Shown here: positions 1 through 11,321 of the stretch, piece by piece
How positions within the stretch are numbered: the stretch's first letter is position 1
Layout: each line of letters begins with the position of its first letter
From: Chara braunii
Lineage: Eukaryota > Plantae > Charophyceae
Direction of reading: 5' to 3'
Assembly (NCBI GenBank): GCA_003427395.1
Contig: BFEA01000028.1
Coordinates: 1,249,521 to 1,313,520, forward strand
Length of the DNA stretch: 64,000 nt
Made by a program: the position numbers and the translations under genes
The notes under the pieces: model-generated
What the model saw: the letters and a program-made list of their open reading frames with translations, nothing else
Databases searched by the model: none
Told to the model about the DNA's origin: nothing

Positions 1-1195
1 CAGTTCGTGTCGATGTCGATCCAATAGTTTTGCCAATCTGCATTAGCGGCCATGCCGATGCTGTCGCGATAATAGTTCCATACCAGTTCCGTTCCAGTAA
101 GCGTACCAATGCCGGATCCGAAGAAACGCTCTGATTTACCGCCGCCTGCACTATTATCATACCGCTCGGTGCCGAGTGTCGTACCGTGCAATAATGCATT
201 GTAATAATACCGAGCGTGTCCCGAACCAGAGTATCGTGCCCGAATCGACCGAGCGGTAACACCCAAGCAATAAAGCCCAATCAAAATAGCACCGGTGGTA
301 ATCCCGCGTCGGGCATCCATCCCGCACTCACTCACTACACCCTGATTGGAACAATGTGGCGCTTAAGCAAATAAGGTAAGTTTAGCATGTCAAGCGGCAA
401 TCTCGATTATCGAAAAATTGAGAGAGTCGTTAGAATCAGGGTCGTTAGAATCAGGGTAAATAAATGATTCGGAATTAAACCCCCTCGCGAATAATTAAGT
501 AAAAATTAGTTAATTATCAGATAATCGTGGGTTTCCTTCTCGTTTTATTATTTTTAATTATTTTTCTTATTTCTTAGTTCCATTATCGAAAATAACGAAA
601 ATAAAAACAATCTTGTCAAAAATAAATTCCGATGGACTTCAATTCAATAACGTAAATTTTTTGTTTTCTTTTTCTTTTATGGCCTTGATCCCTTTTTTTT
701 ATTTTTAACTCTATTGTCATAAATTCCAATAATTGAGGGCGGTCCCATTAAAAATCAAATATCAAAGATTTTGAATAAATTAATGAATATTCTGTTTTTC
801 TCTTCTCTTCTTTTGTTTTTAATTTATTTTCTCATTTTTAATTTTGATATCAAAATTGATGATATCCGAGGTCTCACTTCTGCGCCAGTTGTGGAGTGTA
901 AAAGGACCACGCCTAAGCCTATCTCCATCTTGCTGTTCAGCAGGCGGCTGTCCCGGAAATTGGCTAAATGCGGCGGTATTAAGATAGACGCCGCCGCGGT
1001 AGAAGAGGTCGTCCTTCTTGTCAATTTCGAGAGTTAGTCTCAACGGTCGTCATATCTAATTTTAGGGATACTCGGGGTACCCCTAATTTTTGTTGCCTGG
1101 TCAAACCAGAGTACCGTCATTGCACGGACTTGTCTTTGAGCCTAAGTCCCTAAGCCGCAAATTTCAGGCGGCTCACTGCTTGTGGCCACCTGACA
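1..1195 (-). repeat. 3' LTR (partial)
   Basis: Matches 18443-19622 with scattered substitutions and a 15-bp tandem duplication (GTCGTTAGAATCAGG, ~426-455). Homology stops exactly at TGACA 1195. Confidence 0.93.
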
Positions 1196-1508
1196 GTTAG
1201 CCCGGACCACTTCTCGACGCCCCCATCGAGCCCTATCCACTTACGTCAAACGAAGCGGACGAGCTTCAGGGTGATTGCCCGTAAAGGACGCCCACGTCAG
1301 CGTTTAATTGTCTTATGTTTCAGTTTGTTACGAGTTCTGGGGCTAAGAAGATGCTTCTTGACTTCCCTTTTTCTTCGGGAATTTGGCCTGGATAGGATTC
1401 TCTCTCTCTATTGACGTTGGTCCGAGAAAGGTGTCGACTCGTTAACTTGTCTAATACGAACTCTCCGTCTGGCTCTCCTGAGCACGAATAACCATTTCTT
1501 CCTTTTTC

Positions 1509-2926
1509 CTATCGCCAACCCTTTGACCTTTCTTCTCTCCACCCTCTTCCTCTTCTTGGAACTCTCTCCTGCCTCATATCGTCTCGAGGGGGCTTCATCC
1601 TCCATTTTGGCCTTCCCTTTCCCTTTCGGGCTGTCAGCGGTAAGGTGGGTGCAGGCCTGGGTCTAAACAGCTTTAACCTAGCACCCGCCACTGGGTCCTT
1701 CCACTTGGATCCGTCTAATTCTGCTATCATATAGGCACCCCAGTCGAGCGCCTCAACCACTCTGTAAGGTCCCATCCATCTGTTGGCGAGTTTTCCGGTC
1801 CAGGTCCTTTCGAGAGCTGCGTCGTAGAGAAGGACCATATCTCCTACGCTCACCCTCTCTTTCCTGATCCACCACACCCTTATCTCATCTCTCTTTACCT
1901 TTGTCCCTCTCCACTGCCAGACGATCTGCTGTTGTCCTAAGGTTGTCTTCCAAACCGTAGGCTATCTGTCTTGCTCGGGCAGCTATTAGTTCCTCTCTGG
2001 ACATCCTTTCCGCTCAGTCGACGGTTGTCCAACTGTCGACGTGAAACTCTACTGGAATGGACAATGTCGCCCGAACCACAAGGTGTATGGTGGGTATCCA
2101 GTGCTAGCACGGACCGTGACGTTGTCCGCCCATATTGCGTATTGAAAATATCGTGGTCAATCGATGTCCTCACCTTTGCACCACTTGGATAGTGACGCTA
2201 TCAGAGTCTGGTGTCCCCTCTCTACTGGTGAGTTCGACTGTGGGTGGTAGGCGGTGGCTATTGAAACTCTCGCCCCGGCTCTCTTAACCACATTCTGAAC
2301 CTCCTCGGCTAGAAATTCCGCCCCTCTATCCATCACTATCTTGCTGACACAACCATAGCTAGATAAGTACTCTAGGACGAAGTTCTTCACTTCCCTAGCC
2401 GACTTACTCCTGATAGGTCTACCATCCATGAATCCAGTGAAGTCGTCTCGTATGTTCACAACATAGTTCATATTGCCTATTCCTTTCGGCATCTTCACCA
2501 GATCGATGTGTACCTTCTCTCCTGGCCTAGTCGGATAGGATGGATGAAGTGGCTCTTTGTATTTCACAAGAGCTCTCTTCTAACACTCCTCGGAGGTTAT
2601 ACAGTATCTCTCGACATCCTTATACTGTCCCTCCCACCAGTACAGTCTACGTACCTTTTCGTAGGTTCCTTTGACTCCTCTATAACCTCCGACCCGACTG
2701 GTCTTCGAAATAGATGACCCGCTCTAAGGCAGTACTGGGTTGCTTGTCTCCGGACATTTGAATCTTGACTCTCCTCTCCTGACAAGTGTAGCCCGATTGT
2801 TCGATATTTGCCCTCGTAAAGGTTAACCAAAAATCGATCGGCGCGTCTCGGTTCCGCCATTGTCACGGCTCCAACTACTATCGGGCGCTCGGCCTCAAGA
2901 GGGAACCGAGAAAGCCAATCCGCCAC
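1509..2926 (-). pseudogene. pol: Integrase (fragmented), with GPY/F motif and no chromodomain seen
   Basis: VHIDLV...DRGAEF...YHPQSNSPVER DDE core (2157-2567); WMGPYRVV in 1509-1877. Confidence 0.92.
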
Positions 2927-3063
2927 GACATTTTTAGTACCCGATATTCTCTCAACTGTGTAATCATAGAGTCGAATCCGTATTAACCATCGTGCGATGG
3001 TCGGGTCCGTTAGATTAAAGTCCTTCTGGAGGACTGCTCGGCCTCAAGAGGGAACCGGGAAAG

Positions 3064-3700
3064 TCAATCCGCCACGGCATTTTTAGTACCCGATATTCTC
3101 TCAACTGTGTAATCATAGAGTCGAATCCGTATTAACCATCGTGCGATGGTCGGGTCTGTTAGATTAAAGTCCTTCTGGAGGACTGAGGCAACCGCTATGG
3201 GATCTACTCGTAAGATGAACCGTCGTCCGTAGATATAGTGTCTGAACGTGTCTAGGCACCGCAGAACAGCTAACACTTCCTTCTTGAATTGACTATAGTT
3301 ACGCTCAACAGTATTAAGTGTTCTACGCTCAAATCTTAACGGTCTCTCCTTTCCTTCAGCATCCTTCTGAGATAGCAGACCACCAACTGAACAAGGTCCA
3401 GCATCCGTGGATATCACGAAGGGTCTCCTGGCCTCATCGTCAAAGAACGGCACGCCCAATACGCGTCCCCCTTCCTTAAATTTATCTTTAAGCTCTTGCA
3501 TTGCGAGTTCCTGAGAAGAATCCCAGTACAGTTTCTCAGCCTTCCGAAGGAGCAGCCTCAAAGGCTCAGCCTTCTCTACATACCCCCGTATGAAAATCCG
3601 CCAGTAGCCGACCACCCCCAGAAACTGTCGGACCTTGGTAGCACTATGCAACGGCGACGGCCAGTTTAGGAGTTTGTCTAGCTTCGCAGGATAAAGCCTA
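3064..3700 (-). pseudogene. pol: RT connection and RNase H
   Basis: VRQFLGVVGYWRIFIRGY; STDAGPCSVGGLLSQ; ERNYSQFKKEVLAV; GTKNAVAD. Confidence 0.92.
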
Positions 3701-4450
3701 AGATCTTTATAGTTGAGACGGCCCATTGGCTCTTTGTTCTGCTGACCGTCAAATTTGCATCGTCTAACTGTTTGAGTACCGCGCAAATATCGGTTAGGTG
3801 CTGCTCGACAAATCTCCTAACTCCTGGTACAACTTCTGCCTCATTTTTCTCTACTGGTCCTTTTATAGGGAAGTCATCCAAAAATACTTCAACCTTGTCA
3901 GGAATGAAGTCCTTGAGGACGGCTACCATGGCTCTCTGAAAAACGGCTACCCCATTAGTCCAACTCATAGGGACGACCATCATTTGTATCAATCCCAAAG
4001 GTGTGTACATAGTCGTGAGGTGTCTGTCCCTAGGATCAAGGGGTACCTTATTATAGCCTGATAACATATCACAAACCGAATAAATCGACATGCCCGCGGC
4101 GCCTTCAGCCAGTATGTCGGCGTGAGGTACAGAGCCTACGTCTCGGGATCGTCACCGCGTTGACCTTCTGCAGGTTCTGGATCCACCGGATCTTGCCATT
4201 CGGTTTTCGTAGGAAGAACCATCGATTAGCATAAGTGTTGTCAGATGGCTTTGCTACATGAGAAGCCATCTTCTCTTTCAGGAAAGCGATAACCTCTTCC
4301 TTCTCCTTCTGGGCGTATTTCCACCCTGCGCCATTCCATGGAACGTGTGGAATCGTGTAAATCCTCGCTGGTTTAGCGTAACGAGGGTCCACCCTTCCGC
4401 GCTCGGCGTCACTGAAAGCTATGGTCTTATCGCACGTCCTTAAAACTTCT
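3678..4450 (-). pseudogene. pol: Reverse transcriptase (frameshifted)
   Basis: YANRWFFLRKPNGKIRWIQNLQKVNAVT; CDMLSGYNKVPL; VPMSWTNGVAVFQR; VFLDDFPIKG catalytic motif. Confidence 0.93.
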
Positions 4451-4625
4451 TTGACACGTTCCCGCTCCTATGGGGTTAGATTTCCATCTCCGATGTCCAT
4501 TCCTGCTATCCTCTCTTCCGTTAGGCGCTGCGGCTCCTTTTTTTTCCTTTCTTTAATTTCCTTCGCGATCTCTCCTTCCGATATCCCTTCCAGCGCAGAT
4601 CGCTCGCCGCCCACTGCTGTTGGTT

Positions 4626-6010
4626 TTACGTTCTGAGCCACTCACTTGTGTCGCTTAAGCTGCCCCCCATAGGAGGTTGTGCCCTTAAAAAAGATACTAT
4701 GCCACTAAATTCCTCATTTGACTCCTTTGGATACGAGTTGCCGTCCACTATCATTCGGCTCCCTAAATCCTCCACTTCTATAATCCGGCCTTCTCCTTCC
4801 GTGAGCAGAGGTTCATACTTCTTCTCGCGAAATCGCACCGTGCGGCTGGAGATAGGTAATGATTTAATCCGATCGCTGGGCCCAGCACCCACAGCGAGAG
4901 CTGCTCTGTTTCTCGGGTATCGAGGCTCCACCGTCTCAATCATAACCCGAGTCCCATCTAGCTTCTTAATGGATAGTGTCTGGCTCCCATCTGATCGCTC
5001 TATCGTCACTGCATGCACATGACTCAACCATCTCCGCCCCAAGAGCAGGTCGGAGCTGCAGTTCTTGACTGCAAAGACTTACATGGTCACTCGTACTCCT
5101 TGAACCTCTATGGCTGCCTTGTGACAGACTCCTGTGATCTGTTGCTTCCTCCCATCAGCCGTCTCTATTTCGAATAAGTGTGTCCTATCGAGCCCCAGAC
5201 CAACTTGCTCTGCCAGATCCTCGTCTATAATGACAGCCTCACTGCCATTATCGATCACTGCATCTAGAACGGCTCCGACGTTTAGGATCGCCTCCACGGT
5301 CCCACTACCAAGTATGTAAAACTTGTCCGGAGGGACACCTTCCATCCCATCAAGAAGAACTGTTGCCATGCGATCTGCTCTTGCGGTCACCTCCGATACT
5401 GCTACAGTAGGAGCATCCGCGTTAGGGGCCACCTGAACCTCCTCTGATAGTGGAATGCGAGACTTTCGCGTGATCGTCTGTAACTCGTCTTGAGCCGGCT
5501 TGGATGCAGCCAGATATTCTAGTATAAAGCATTGCATGGGCTGCCGAAGGGCCCATCTCAGTGGCTCGACCGTGTCAATATCATCCAGCGAACTCTTCAT
5601 GAAGAACTTCTTCACTCCCTGCTTTCGTGGTGAAAGTATAACCTCCTCGCCATCGACCCGCTGTCCGTCCTTTTCTGCCATCACATAATCTGTGTCAGTC
5701 TTCCTCGATGCAGACCCTCTTGCCGACTTCGTTGCTGCCACCCTTATGGGTGCAGCTGCCATATCTCCTTCGAAAGTTATCCTAATGCTCTGGCTCCTTA
5801 CCGGCTCTTTTCCCTTACTCGGCCTCACTCTCCTCGCTTCTACATTCTCATTCATCGAAGGGAACATTGATACATCTCCCAAATCACCTGCCCACTTGAT
5901 GTACTTGCGGTCATCAAGCACGACAAGTCCCTCATCTATTGCCCGTTTGAGATCCGGACAATCTCTCTTGATATGATATCTCCTATGCAGTAGACGCAAG
6001 AGTTCCTAGG
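4626..6010 (-). pseudogene. pol: Zn knuckle, aspartic protease and linker (fragmented)
   Basis: C..C...YHIKRDC knuckle across a frameshift near 5990; LDAVIDNGSEAVII protease motif; D-L-L-L-G-R-R-W-L flap near 5040. Confidence 0.85.
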
Positions 6011-6109
6011 AGTGGGTGGCCTGTCGTCTACACTCCTCGAAATCGCCCCCCTCACTGCCCTCAGGTCAGGGGACTTGGGATACGGTTCAGATGAGGCACC
6101 ATATCCCCC

Positions 6110-7789
6110 TCAATCATTCCGGCCGCGCGAGTCATTGCGCCGGTCTCCTCCAGATCCTCCTTGGTCATATCGTCCCCGTGAATCATTCCGGTGGTCTCCA
6201 TGGTCGTATCGCCCGCGTGAATCATCACGCCGGTCTCCTCGGTCGTACCTACCCCGCGAATCGTCGCGCTGATCTCCCGCGAATCCCCCGTGGTCATACC
6301 TTCCACGCGAGTCATCTCGACGATCTCCGACTCGATCTCCTCTCTCATACCTGCCTTGCCTGTTTCCATCTCGGTCCGACCTCTCGTATCTGTCGTCACT
6401 GTATCCGTCTCGCCGATCTCGGTCCGACTCCCATCGACCCCGTGGGTCGCTCCTATCCCCATCAACCTCATGTCGAGGACTGCGCGAGTAATCATCCCGT
6501 CTCCTTGCTCGCCCATACGTCTCGCGAACCCTACGGTCTCGGTCTATCTCATCATCCCTTCGTCGCCATGGCTCATTTTCTCTCTCCATTTCCCTTACTC
6601 GATAATCGGTTAGCGTTCGAGGATTTCTATCCTCGACACTCCTCCAGGAATCGGTGTTCCTACGGTCCCACCGAAGTGAATAGGGCCCTCCGGGTTTGTC
6701 CCGGTATGTCGTGGCTCCCATATTGGTCACAATCTCTGTAACATGCCTAGTCAATCCCTTTACCATATCCCTTATCTCCTTCACTTCCTCAGCTACCGCC
6801 TCATTCTTTTCCAACCACGGATAGTCCTTGAAGTCAGGGCATTTATCAGTGGCATACTCTTTATAGAGAGAGAAGTCTCGCCTCCTCATTCCTCTCCATA
6901 CCAGACCCTTGTAGTCGTCTGCCTCTGCCTTTATCGCGAGCTTAAGGACTTCAGGGAAGTCAAGCTTGTCGCGCATAAAATCTCTAAGTATACTCTTTTG
7001 TCTCCTTTTGGACAGGTGTCCAATAAAAATAGTACAGCGCTCGACCTCTGAGATCTTCTGGAAACGCTTTCCGAATGCCCTAACGCTCTCGTCCTCATCT
7101 TGAGTCATGGTCTCAAGGTCCTTGATGGAGTACTTGTTATCCTCCAACTTGTAAAGTTCAATGAGGTTCTTCTTATACGTGGTCCATTTTCCATCCTTCG
7201 GTCGGGCTTCCTTAACTTCCTTGCCAAGACTTGGATCTACATTAAATAGGAAATTTTCCACAATCTCCTCCTCCGACCACTGACTCCGGCTCGCATGAAG
7301 CTCCCACTTCTCCAGATATTCTGTGATGCCATAACCCCTAAAAGTGGGAGGCTCAGAGGCCTTGTGCGTAATAATATAGCGATCCTTACTCTCGTAAGGA
7401 AGCGGATGCGACTCCCCTGTCTTGGGGTCGAAGGCTCGCCTGGGCAGCGCTCTGTCTCTATCTTTGTCCCTCCAATACCTCAAACTCTCTCTCCAGTCGT
7501 CCCTGTGCCTATCCGCCATGGTTTCCCTCCGCTCATACTCGGGGGAGCGTCGTCTCGTCGCTTCTCGTCGACCACTCGAGGTTCCTGTCTTCAATGCCTC
7601 CTCCGGCTCAGTCACGACTGGTTCGACCATTACGTCAGGTTCCCCGTCATTGGTCTGGTCAGCCCATCTCAGAGGTGCTCCCAGCCTAATTCGTTCCTTC
7701 AGTCCCCTCAGTGCACGGTCGGGCAATGTCCTGTACTCCTCTCTTACTTGGCCCGCGATCGATTGTGGCTCCATTGCGTCTGATTCCAT
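6110..7789 (-). CDS. gag: Gag-like protein (559 aa) with Arg/Asp-rich repetitive C-terminal part; frameshifted before the Zn knuckle
   Basis: PPTFRGYGITEYLEKWE and QDEDESVRAFGKRF resemble a retrotransposon capsid core. Lies directly upstream of the Zn knuckle/protease. Confidence 0.8.
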   Translation of the reverse strand: MESDAMEPQSIAGQVREEYRTLPDRALRGLKERIRLGAPLRWADQTNDGEPDVMVEPVVTEPEEALKTGTSSGRREATRRRSPEYERRETMADRHRDDWRESLRYWRDKDRDRALPRRAFDPKTGESHPLPYESKDRYIITHKASEPPTFRGYGITEYLEKWELHASRSQWSEEEIVENFLFNVDPSLGKEVKEARPKDGKWTTYKKNLIELYKLEDNKYSIKDLETMTQDEDESVRAFGKRFQKISEVERCTIFIGHLSKRRQKSILRDFMRDKLDFPEVLKLAIKAEADDYKGLVWRGMRRRDFSLYKEYATDKCPDFKDYPWLEKNEAVAEEVKEIRDMVKGLTRHVTEIVTNMGATTYRDKPGGPYSLRWDRRNTDSWRSVEDRNPRTLTDYRVREMERENEPWRRRDDEIDRDRRVRETYGRARRRDDYSRSPRHEVDGDRSDPRGRWESDRDRRDGYSDDRYERSDRDGNRQGRYERGDRVGDRRDDSRGRYDHGGFAGDQRDDSRGRYDRGDRRDDSRGRYDHGDHRNDSRGRYDQGGSGGDRRNDSRGRND

Positions 7790-7833
7790 AGACTACTAGA
7801 AGTTGCAGTCGGGCACTCTCACCCCGTATAAGC

Positions 7834-7966
7834 CCAGACCTATGACCGTAGCAGCAGCCCGAACCTATGACAGTAGCAGCAGCCCGGACCTATGACAGTA
7901 GCAGCAGCCCGGACCTATGACAGTAGCAGCAACCCGGACCTATGACCGAACTCGCAGCCCGGACCT
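7834..7966. repeat. 25-bp tandem repeat, about 5 copies, just upstream of gag
   Basis: (CCCGGACCTATGACAGTAGCAGCAG)n. Confidence 0.9.
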
Positions 7967-8099
7967 GTCTACTTGTCACGGTTCGCGTCCGTCTCCAACC
8001 CTAGCTCTCGGCTGCTCTGATCACTGCCACTAATACTCCGTTCTGGTCGCGGACCTCGTATTCCTCTTCTATCCCAATAATCCCTGTGCCCATGTAAAC

Positions 8100-8799
8100 T
8101 TATCCTTCGGGTTCTGTCAACAAGGCCGCCCCTCTCCTGATCTGCACTTCACCCGTAACAGGATCCCTTCGCCTGTTGCAGATCGTGGTCCTAAGTCTAA
8201 CCAATGTCTCCTGAGTAGCGCCCCTCAACAGTGCTCGTGCGTCTATCTCCGTCCTCCTCTTAAGACCATCTAGTCCTTCCTGACTCGGGTGACCCTCAAA
8301 CGGAGGGAACTCTCCTCCTATCGCCATCTCTAGCCGCTCCTCTCACCATCCTGACAAAGTCCACAGTTGGTTCCTACTCGTTGTGAGCTAATCCCTTGTC
8401 AGGAATCGGGGGTCTAGGCAGGGTATCGAAAATGGCTATGTCATCACTGACCTCGACTATCTTCCCAAGTGCTTCTAATCTCTGTTTCTCCTCCCTTAAC
8501 TTCCGGGCAACTATCCTCCAGCACCTTGTGTACGTACAAAACTCCTCTCTCTCCCTTGACAAGTATATCCCTATGTGATATGTGTCGAGACCCGGAAAGT
8601 ACACGGTCATAACATAGAATTGGTTGCGCTCCTAACCACTGTTCGCTTCCTGATAGGCAACGACGTCATAAGGAACCAGTTCCCTGCGACTAATCCCGCT
8701 TAGTCCCCGTAACAGTCTCTCTCTCTCGTGTGGTAGTGGTCCACTTCATCCACCAAACTTCCATCTCCTCCGCTGCAACTCCTCGGGAGGTAGGGTCAT
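8100..8799 (-). pseudogene. Accessory ORFs G and H (degenerate; 8374-8799 and 8100-8327)
   Basis: ATG at 8799, 4 nt after the ORF F stop, then an early stop or frameshift; 78-aa and 75-aa frames remain. Confidence 0.35.
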
Positions 8800-8803
8800 C
8801 TGT

Positions 8804-9319
8804 CTAGCATCTGAGACAGGTCAGCGCTATAGCTGCTCGTAATCTCGTCGCCGACAACTCCAATATATCATAGAACGCCTCAAATTCTTCCTCATCTCCA
8901 CTATCCTCTATGGCCTCTAAAGTCTTTATCGATTCCCTCCAGTATCGGTCATGAGCAGTTAGCACCCTGAGTATTGCTCCGTCTACTATAACTCTCCCTA
9001 GCTCTCCAACTCTCCTGGCTTCGCTTATCTTCAACCTCTCAGCCTCTCTGGACGTCTCGTACCACGCCCTTATCTGAGGCCGCCCTTCGAAAGGTGTTAC
9101 GCGAAGTACGTATTTTATCCTTCGTCCTCCTTCCACTCCAATCCAAAGTCCTGTTCCCCTAGCCTCTTGCAGTGCACGGCAAACATACTCTGCCTCCTCA
9201 ACTACGCACAACCTGGTATGGAGCTGGAGCTCTGCAATCACTAACACCAACGGTCCGTCCAGTCTCCCTACCACATGCAATGAGTACCTGTCCCTCGTGT
9301 ATAGTGCAGTCCCGCTCAT
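8804..9319 (-). CDS. Accessory ORF F (171 aa)
   Basis: ATGA overlap with ORF E; globular composition. Confidence 0.5.
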   Translation of the reverse strand: MSGTALYTRDRYSLHVVGRLDGPLVLVIAELQLHTRLCVVEEAEYVCRALQEARGTGLWIGVEGGRRIKYVLRVTPFEGRPQIRAWYETSREAERLKISEARRVGELGRVIVDGAILRVLTAHDRYWRESIKTLEAIEDSGDEEEFEAFYDILELSATRLRAAIALTCLRC

Positions 9320-9636
9320 GTCATGTTGCTATCCCCCTGCGTTACCTTGTCCTTCGTTGTTACGTCCTCTGCAGACTTTTCCTTAACTCCTTCGCGCGAT
9401 AGGTTCCTAGCCTTTACCCTCTCCTGAAAGTTTGATCTCCACGCCTGGATAATCTCTTTATCCTCCCTGAAGATACTCTCTAACTCTTTTGTCGCGAGCT
9501 CAACCCTACGCAATTTGCCCTCATCCTGGCACGACCCGATCTCCCTTATCTTGTTCCCCAACTCCTTTACCCGGTTCAAGAGTGGTTCTTTAATGCGCTT
9601 TCTCACTCTTCCGACCGCCTCACTTTCCTCTTCCAT
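9316..9636 (-). CDS. Accessory ORF E (106 aa, charged, coiled-coil-like)
   Basis: ATG start, E/K/R-rich; its stop overlaps the next start as ATGA. Confidence 0.45.
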   Translation of the reverse strand: MEEESEAVGRVRKRIKEPLLNRVKELGNKIREIGSCQDEGKLRRVELATKELESIFREDKEIIQAWRSNFQERVKARNLSREGVKEKSAEDVTTKDKVTQGDSNMT

Positions 9637-9666
9637 ACTCTGTCCACATCGTTTTCCAGCTCATCC

Positions 9667-9948
9667 TCATACCCTCGCTCTAGCCTCTGCTACCGTCTCA
9701 TCGTGGTAGTGCTCCACGCGCATATAACCATGAGACCACATCATCACATCATAGGAAATCGAGGTCTGGAAGGTCACCTGCGCCAGTACATCAGCCCTAT
9801 GCTCGAGGATCAAATCCCTAGCTCGTAGTCGGCACTCCCTCACCGTCAAGTCATCATCTATGTATGCTCGAAGAAGTACCGTCACAGTGTACCCTGTGCT
9901 GACCAGTTGCTTATCTAAGCGCATCACAGTTGCCGTTCTCCCCGACAT
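9667..9948 (-). CDS. Accessory ORF D (93 aa)
   Basis: ATG 3 nt after the previous stop; VLLRAYIDDD weakly resembles the N-terminal strand motif of A and B. Confidence 0.45.
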   Translation of the reverse strand: MSGRTATVMRLDKQLVSTGYTVTVLLRAYIDDDLTVRECRLRARDLILEHRADVLAQVTFQTSISYDVMMWSHGYMRVEHYHDETVAEARARV

Positions 9949-9951
9949 TCC

Positions 9952-11303
9952 CTAAGCTGCGTCCTCGAAGAGAAACCTCACATCCTCCAGCCCCACATAA
10001 TCAATCTCCGGTCGTCTCCTGCAGTGCCTAATCAGATCGACTGGCCTCAAACAGTCCACCCAGCAAGTAGCGTCTATGATGTCGTCAAGCGTCTCTCTGC
10101 TGGGTGGCCCCCACCTTACACAAATGGAGTAGTACGCTTCCCTGAAACGGGGAGCTAAGCCCTCCCAAAGCGCGTAAAGTGTGTGGTCCACTACCTCACT
10201 CAGACGGTCTACACTCCCGTAGGTCTGCCCTATTACGAATGCAGGAAGTCCAAATCGCCAACCCTCTTCCGGGTAGAAGGTCGGATACGGAAGTCCATAT
10301 ACCAAGCGACTCTAGTACGACCTTCCTCCTGAGAGTCTCGCCAGTTGCTGATTAACGATCACTCTGGCCAACAACTCGTTTCTCCACCAAGCCCTGCTAG
10401 CCCCTACGAGTGTCAGCCCTACGTCTAAATCATGAGCTCTGTCCGTTATCAGATGTCCCACCCCTTCTAGGTCATGAGTCCTTTCGGGTCATCTATCTTT
10501 CAGTATCACCGTCCAAAGGAAAAGTCCCTCTGCCAGTTGCGTTCCAAGGTAACGTATCAGAACACAGCCAGTCTCCTCTAACCTCACAGGAAGAGGAATA
10601 TCATATCCAACAGCCGTCTCTCTGGGTCTCCTCACGCTATAGGATTTGGAACACAGCCAGTCTCCTCATGACCTTCCTCCTGAGAGTCTCGCCAGTTTGC
10701 TGATTAACGATCACTCTGGCCAACAACTCGTTTCTCCACCAAGCCCTGCTAGCCCCTGCGAGTGTCAGCCCTACGTCTAAATCATGAACTCTATCCGTTA
10801 TCAGATGTCCCACCCCTTCTAGGTAATGAGTCCTTTCGGGTCGTCTATCTTTCAGTATCACCGTCCAAAGGAAAAGTCCCTCTGCCAGCTGCGTTCCAAG
10901 GTAACGTATCGGAACACAGCCAGTCTCCTCTAACCTCACAGGAAGAGGAATATCATATCCAACAGCCGTCTCTCTGGGTCTTACAAGTTTCCTCACGCTA
11001 TCGGAACACAACCANNNNNNNNNNNNNNNNNNNNNNNNNNNNNNNNNNNNNNNNNNNNNNNNNNNNNNNNNNNNNNNNNNNNNNNNNNNNNNNNNNNNNN
11101 NNNNNNNNNNNNNNNNNNNNNNNNNNNNNNNNNNNNNNNNNNNNNNNNNNNNNNNNNNNNNNNNNNNNNNNNNNTATCGGAACACAACCAGTCTCCTCTA
11201 ACCTCACAGGAAGAGGAATATCATATCCAACAGCCGTCTCTCTGGGTCTTACAAGTTTCCTCACGCTATAAGTTAGCCAAGCTGCTGAGTCACTCCTCAT
11301 CAC
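9952..11303 (-). pseudogene. Accessory ORF C, broken by an N gap and a ~352-bp repeat
   Basis: Fragments 10998-11303, 10637-11185 and 9952-10305; the last has GLPAFVIGQTYGSV, similar to ORFs A and B. Confidence 0.5.
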
Positions 11304-11321
11304 TCAAGCTAACTCATTAAC

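Noticed and set aside
771-1043. Short ORFs duplicated at 19141-19470
   Set aside because: They recur only because they lie in the LTRs; no coding signal.
10319-11268. ~352-bp repeat as a biological array
   Set aside because: The copies abut an N gap, so an assembly artefact is likely.
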